A stretch of 64,000 nucleotides of DNA. Source: Torpedo marmorata (Eukaryota). Positions 57,057 through 64,000 of this stretch are shown here, one piece after another. Below the pieces are notes generated by a model. That model ran no database searches. It was not told the DNA's origin and was given only the letters and a program-made list of their open reading frames with translations. The stretch lies in contig OZ360229.1 in NCBI GenBank assembly GCA_977017645.1, forward strand, positions 51,150,001 through 51,214,000. Reading direction: 5' to 3'. Each line of letters begins with the position of its first letter. Within the stretch, counting starts at the first letter, position 1. The position numbers were made by a program, and so were the translations under genes.

Positions 57057-60000
57057 TGTTATGGACCATGACTGACCATTTGGACTGCGGACGGTCAGCA
57101 GGAAGGATGAATGAAGTCTTTTGGAGTACACACAGGGACCTGGTACTGAAAGAGTTAACTTGCCCAGGACTTCTTGTACTTACCGAGAGAGAGGCACCAG
57201 GGGGAGACAAACTGTGGAAAAGATATACTTGGTTGGACTTTTGAAAAAAGGCAGGTGAAGACCTCTGCAGGAAGGCCTTAAAGTTCAGTCATGGAAAACT
57301 GATTCAGTGGCAGTTTGGAGTTGCAAAGGCAGGAGAACCCAGAAAAATCCAGGCTTGTTCATCCCAGAGGAAAAGGTTAGGAGAAGTACACAGAGCCTCT
57401 TGAATCAGCAAAATCCAGGCTTGTGCATCCCAAGGGAAAGGTCTGGGAGAAAAACAAGGCCTTGGTGATTCAGCAAAATCCTGAGTTGAAAGCAACTTTT
57501 GTGAAGAACAGGCGTGAGATCAGCGAGACAGGCGGTGAGATCCAAGTACACGCCTCAATCCAAAACGGATTTGGAGTCGCAATCCTTGTGAAATTACCTG
57601 AAGGGAAAATCATCAGAGAAGAAAAGCAGGCCAAGCATTAGTAAGCATAAACAGTCATTGTCTCTCTCCCCAACGTTCATTAAGAAGTCCTTCTTGCCAG
57701 CACACAGAGCTGAATTTGGACCCTGAACATAGAGAGTGAAATTTTGTGGACTGTATTTTTGGGACGGACTTGTTTTTATGACTGACCTGGGATTTTTGGG
57801 GAAGGTTTTCCATTTTTATGTGAGGGTTGGGAACAGACTGTAATGGTCTGGGCTTTACACACACACACACACACTTTTTAGATAAGAATAGTGTTTATAG
57901 AGGTTTATAGTGGGGTTAATTGTTGTGAAATTATATGTTTAATTGTCTTTAATAAATATAAATTTCAATTTTACCCCTTTTGCATTGCGTCTTCTGTCGT
58001 TGCTGGTTTGAATTTGTTACAAATTGGGGGCTCGTCCGGGATTTGAATCAAGATCGATCTTGGTAATTGAAGGAATCCCAGTCTGGTTTAAGACATTCCT
58101 TTTGTTAAGCTAATTAAAAGCTAGAGTATGTGTAACAAAAAACCAGCAACAATGGATGTAGAAATTTTTTTGAAATCACCTGAACCTGATACTTTAAAAA
58201 AGGCGAAAAATGAACAGTTAGTGGCTATAGCAACCGAGTTGGGCATTGCTTCTGTAAAACCATCAATGAAAAAGGCAGAGATTGGGATAAAAATTCTCAA
58301 ATACTATATAAAAGGAAAAAAGTTTGAGGAGAGCATGTTAGAGCAGTTTCCCAAGGGTAAACCTTCTGAAAACATACAGTTGGAACTAAAGAAATTAGAA
58401 GTGGAACAAAAGAGATTAGACTTGGAGGCAGACAGAGATCAAAAGAGATTAGAGAACTAGGAGAAAATTAGGCAATATAAAATGGAAAAGATAAAGTTGG
58501 AAAATGAGAGGAGACAAGAAGAGCACCAAGGTCAAATTCGTCATCCTGTTGAGAGGTTTTTGGCTAGTAGAGAAGTTAGGTTGGTTCCTCCATTTGAGGA
58601 GGCAGAAATAGATAAGTACTTCCAGCATTTTGAGAAGGTGGCTGTGAAATCAAAATGGCCACAAGACCAATGGTCTCTTATGTTACAAAGTGTAATAAAA
58701 GGAAAAGCTCAGCAAGATTATTTTACTCTTACCACAGAGCAAGCTGTTGATTATGAAACGGTGAAGAAGGCTATACTCCAGGCTTATGAATTAGTTCCAG
58801 AGGCTTATTGACAGAAGTTTAGAAATTTAAAAATATCAGCAAACCAATCTTACAGAGTTTGCCTATGAAAAGGTTGTGTGTTTTGACAGGTGGTGCACAT
58901 CTAAGGCGGTAAAAATGATTACAATCAATTGAGAGAATTGATAATCATTGAGGAGATAAAAAGGTGTGTTTCTGAGGATATTAAGGCATACTGAGATGAA
59001 AAGGATGTGAAAACGTGGCAAAATTCAGCTACGTTAGCAGATGAATATGCTTTAACCCACAAGCCTAAGTGGACGTCAGGAAGAATTTTCCAAAAGGGCA
59101 CTGTGGATAATCCCAAGCAAGTGTAAAGTAAATTTGGAAGTGGTGTTAAGGAAAGGGATGAAGGAAAGTGGAATAGGGAAAACCCTTCGGGTCCCATTTG
59201 CCACTACTGTAGGAAGGCTGATCATATGCTAGCAAGCTGTCCAGTGTTGACAAAGAAGAGAGAAAAGGATGCAACAGCTAATGCTTGTATTCAGAGTGAG
59301 ATGAGGCATAACACCCAGGAAGAAGATAAAGTTACCGACAAGGTTAGGGATGTATTTAAACCTTTTGTGACTGATGGTTTTGTTTCAGTTAAAGCAGGAT
59401 CAAAGTAAGTTCCAGTGAAAATCTTGCGAGATACTGTAGCTGCTCAGTCACTTGTGTTAAATAGTGTCTTGGAATATTGTGAAGCTACTGACACCGGTGA
59501 AATGAATTTAATTAAAGGAATTGGGGGTGATGTTGAGTCCATTCCTTTGCACAAAATAGTGTTGGACTCAGCCTTGGTGGAAGGACCTGTTATAATAGGA
59601 GTGAGATCAGAGTTGCCAGTAGAAGGAGTCTCACTGTTGCTAGGCAATGACTTGGCTGAGGGTAAAGTAGTTCCTGCAGTGTGAATGACCACTAAGCGAG
59701 TCATTGATAAGTCAGAGAAAGACTCTGATATTTATCCGGCATGTGCCATAACCAGGGCCATGTCTAAGAAAAATGTCACTGTAGAGAAGGCAGTGGAAAA
59801 TAAATTGGTGAAAGAAAAAGTCAGTGATAATAAAGAACACCTGGAAAAAGTTGAGCAATCTCCTATGTTACACCAATCGACTGATAAGACACCTAAAGGC
59901 ACAGATTTGTCACTATCCCGACAGGAGCTAATAGCAAGGCAAAAGGACGATTCTGATCTAGCTGAGGTGAGGGATAAGGTTCTCTCTGAAGAGGAGATTA

Positions 60001-63000
60001 AAAAGGTGCCAGTGGGTTATTATGAAAATGATGGAGTGTTGATGAGAAAGTGGAGATCATATGATGTTCCTGCCAATGAAGAATGGGTAGTAGTGCAGCA
60101 TGTAGTGATCCCTAAAGTATATAGGGACGAAATAATAACTTTGGCTCTTAGCACACCCTTAGGTGGTCACCTTGGGGTGAAGAAAACTATAAGGAAGATA
60201 ACGAAACACTTTTATTGGCCCAGTTTGAGAAGGGAGGTTGTAAGCTTTTGCCAGAACTGTCACACTTGTCAGGTGGTGGGTAAATCTAATCAGGGTCCCC
60301 CGGTATATCCCTTGCAAACTATCCCTGCTTTCAGTGAGCCTTTCTCGAGAGTGATTGTGGACTGTGTTGGCCCATTGTCCAAAACCAAAGCGGGGAATGA
60401 GTATTTGTTAACAATTATGTGTGCAGCCACCAGATTTCCAGAGGCCATTCCTCTGAGAAACATTAAAGCAAAAGCAATTGTAAAGGCTATGGTAAAGTTT
60501 TTCACCTTGGCAGGTTTGCCAAGAGAAATTCTATCAGATCAGGGCAGTAATTTCATGTCAGGCGTTTTCCAACAAGTGGTTGATGGACTGGGAGTTCAAC
60601 AGATTGTATCCTCTGCGTACCATCCAGAAAGTCAAGGGGCCTTGGAGAGGTTCCATTCGACTTTGAAAAACATGGTTAGAACCTATTGTTGTGAGAAGGA
60701 AAAGGATTGGGATGAGGGGGTTCATTTGTTGTTATTTGCAGCAAGGGTGTCTGTCCAAGAATCACTTGGTTTTAGTCCATTCAAGTTAGTTTTCGGACAT
60801 GAGGTGAGAGGTCCTTTAAGATTATTAAAAGAACAGTGGATTAATAGTGATGTGCATTTAAATCTGTTAGATTATGTTTCCAAATTTAAGGATCGGTTGC
60901 ATAGGGCTTGTGAGATGGCAAAGGAGAATTTAAAGGCCACTCAACAGAGCATGAAGGTTTGGTATGATCGAAAGGCTAAAATTAAAACTTTTAAACCTGG
61001 TGAGAACGTATTTGTTCTGTTTCCCATCCATTCAAATCCTCTTAGGGCTAGATTTTTAGGACCTATAGAGTTAAGTCAAAGATTAATGAGGTTACCTATG
61101 TCATAGAAATACCTCATCGCAGACAAGACACACAGGTCTGTCATGTGAATATGATTAAGCCATATTTTGAACAGGTGCCGCACAAAGAGACTGAATATTT
61201 ACCAGAGGTGCTGGTTATTGATCAGGGTAAGGAGGAGACAGATAAAACCAGTTTCAGAGAGGGTCATGGGACACAGAAATTGATATGCCCGAGGTTAGAA
61301 AATTCCATGATTTTGCGCAGTCTGGAGACAAAGTTGGCTCATTTGAAAACTTCAGAAAAGGAAGAGATGTGTCAATTATTTTTAAAATTACTCCCAATGT
61401 ATCCTATGATATTTTTATTTGGAGATATTAAAAGAATTAGTACCAAGATGAAATTAAATATGTATCAAATAGAATTTTTGCGAATTGCTTTAGCTGTTTC
61501 TAAGAAATGTATTACTATTACTTGGAAATCTGATGTAGACTGAGGGTTAGAAAGGTGGCATGCAGAGCTTCATTCATGTATACCACTTGAAAAAATTACT
61601 TACAATTTACGTAATAAATATCATTTCTCTTTGAAAACATGGAGCCCATATATAAAAACGGTTGGTTTAAGGATTTGAAGATCTCTGGATATCAGATCTG
61701 ACTGGTGATCCTATTTTCCACAATAAAATTAGTTTATAGTTGTTCTTTTTTTCAGATTGGCATTCTCCTTATATCTTTTTCTTTCCTTATTTTCTATTTT
61801 ATAGATTAGTAGGGCTGGGAGGGTTAGGGTGGGGAGGGAGGCTGGGGGGGAGAAAATATATTACATGTATTTTGATAATTTTGCATTTTATACAGTGTAT
61901 TGTGTGATTTAAAATTTTAAATAAAATATTTAAAAAATATATATATATATTTTTAAGATTTATAAATTTATTTCACGATGTGCCTCAGAAAATTTCCATC
62001 ACTTATCATGATGTCGATGTAGGAAATGCAAGACTGATAAAACAGCATCCCTATCGAATCAATCCGGAAAAGTGCAAACTGGTAGATCAGGAAATTGACT
62101 ACATGGTAAAGAACAATATCATTCGAAAGTCTACTTCCAATTGGAGTTCCCCTTGTGTTCTAGTGCCTAAGCCTGATGGAACGGTTAGGTTTTGCACTGA
62201 TTATGGGAAAGTAAATGCTGTAACAAAGACAGATGCTTATCCTATTCCAAGAATAGATAATTGTATAGACAAGGTGGGGAAGGCCAAATTTCTTACAAAA
62301 ATTGATTTATTGCAAGGGTAGTGGTGTGTTCCTTTGACAAAAAGGGCTAGGGAGATTTCTGCATTCGTAACGCATTTTGGGCTGTATGAGTATAATTTTA
62401 TGCCTTTTGGTATGAAGAATGCTCCAGGAACATTTCAGGGAATGATTAATTCAGTAATTCAAGGGTTAAAAAACACAGGTGCTTACATTGATGATTTAAT
62501 TGTAAGTAGTGACACCTGGGAAGAGCATGTCTTTGAGCTAAAACAATTGTTCGAACGACTGTACAAAGCGAATCTCACAGTTAATTTTAGAAAAAGTGAG
62601 TTTGGACATGCGACTGTTATTTATCTGGGTTGTGTAGTTGGACAGGGGCAGTTGGCGCCAGTAGAGGCAAAGGTTGTGATTACTTCTGAGTTCCCTGTTC
62701 CAACTGGTAATAAAACTCTGAGGGGGTTCCTGGGAATGATTGGCTACTACCGCAAGTTCTGTAAAAACTTTGCTGATCTTGCGCTCCCTCTCACAAATTT
62801 GCTTAGAAAGAGAGAAAAATTTGTATGGTCGACAGGTTGTCAGGAAGCATTTGTCAAATTGAAAGCCATGTTATGCCACCAACCTGTGCTTAAGTCACCT
62901 AATTTAGAACAGCCGTTTTCTTTAGCTGTGGATGTCAGCGATGAAGCTGTAGGCACGCACGGTGCTATAACAGAGGAAGAACGAAGAGGACATTGACCAT

Positions 63001-64000
63001 CCGGTATCCTACTTCTCGAAGAAGTTCAATGATCATCAAATGAATTATTCAACCATAGAAAAAGAGTTGTTAGCTCTTGTGTTGGCTCTACAACACTTTG
63101 ATGTTTATATCTGTACAGCTCAAAAACCACTCATAGTGTATACTGACCATAATCCATTGGTTTTTCTTTGTAAAATGCAAAATAAGAATCGACGGTTGTT
63201 GAATTGAAGTCTAATTTTGCAAGAATATGATTTAGTAATAACACATATAAAAGGGAAATATAATGTGATTGTCTTTCTAGATGCTAAACTTTATAAATGA
63301 AAATAGTTCATATTTTGTGTTTGTGGATGAACATTGTGGGTTTTGTTTATATTGTAACACCTCAATTTCCAAAATTTAGTTCTTGCAGACTAAAATTTTC
63401 TTTGTGGGTGGGAGGTGTTATGGACCATGACTGACCATTTGGACTGCAGACGGCCAACAGGAAAGATGAATTAATATTTTGGAGTACACACTGGGACCTG
63501 GTACTGAAAGAGTTAACTTGCCCAGGACTTCTTGTACTTACCAAGAGAGAGGCACCAGGGGGAGACAAACTGTGGAAAAGATATACTTGGTTGGACTTTT
63601 GAAAAAAATCAGGTGAAGACCTCTGCAGGAAGGCCTTAAAGTTCAGTCATGGAAAACTGAATCAGTGGCAGTTTGGCGTTGCAAAGGCGAGAGAACCCAG
63701 AAAAATCCAGGCTTGTGCATCCCAGAGGAAAAGGTTGGGAGAAGAGCACAGAGCTCTTGAATCAGCAAAATCCAGGCTTGTGCATCCCAAGGGAAAGGTC
63801 TGGGAGAAAAACAAGGCCTTGGTGATTCAGCAAAATCCTGAGTTGAAGGCAACTTTTGTGAAGAACAGGCGTGAGATCAGCGAGACAGGCTGTGAGATCC
63901 AAGTACACGCCTCAATCCAAAACGGATTTGGAGTCACAATCCTTGTGAAACTACCTGAAGGGAAAATCATCAGAGAAGAAAAGCAGGCCAAGCATTCGTA
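57057..64000 (+). mobile_element. Gmr1-type Gypsy copy C (3' LTR runs off the window)
   Basis: 5' LTR 57057-58021; PBS 58025; gag 58152 onward; IN in ORF 59685-61106; RT 61980-62996 (YIDD); RH to ~63285; PPT; 3' LTR from 63416. Confidence 0.93.
61390..61947 (+). mobile_element. Short 5'-truncated L1 in copy C
   Basis: TSD tatttttaa(a/g)att at 61377-61389 and 61948-61960; ORF2 C-terminus PMYPMIFLFGDIKRI... Confidence 0.88.

Noticed and set aside
61145-61543. Gypsy-L1 fusion protein ORF
   Set aside because: Chance in-frame junction at a TSD-flanked L1 insertion
42911-64000. Copies B and C as a tandem segmental duplication
   Set aside because: Different LTR variants, different nested insertions, and both interrupt one continuous CR1
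1-64000. Unistrand piRNA cluster
   Set aside because: Element orientations are mixed; cannot be supported without small-RNA data

Overview
Eukaryotic genomic DNA, almost entirely nested transposable elements; no host gene could be confidently identified. The repeat set (V-domain tRNA SINEs, CR1, Rex1/Babar, Penelope, L1) suggests a cartilaginous fish (inference). Contents: several L1 copies with readable target-site duplications (TSDs), one inside another; a pogo (POGK/Passer-like) transposon; a Harbinger-like MITE; Penelope fragments with minimal hammerhead-ribozyme-like motifs; two small palindromic elements built from inverted Penelope termini; a TRIM-like mini LTR element; a solo LTR; and three Gmr1-type Gypsy elements (gag-PR-IN-RT-RH order, tRNA-Pro PBS). 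The standout is a young non-autonomous BEL/Pao LTR element (46563-52563). It keeps an open SAP-domain gag-protease ORF but has lost RT, RNase H and the integrase core. In their place it carries an intronless ORF I recognise as similar to vertebrate MIPOL1, an apparent host mRNA capture. All alignments were by eye and protein similarities from memory.
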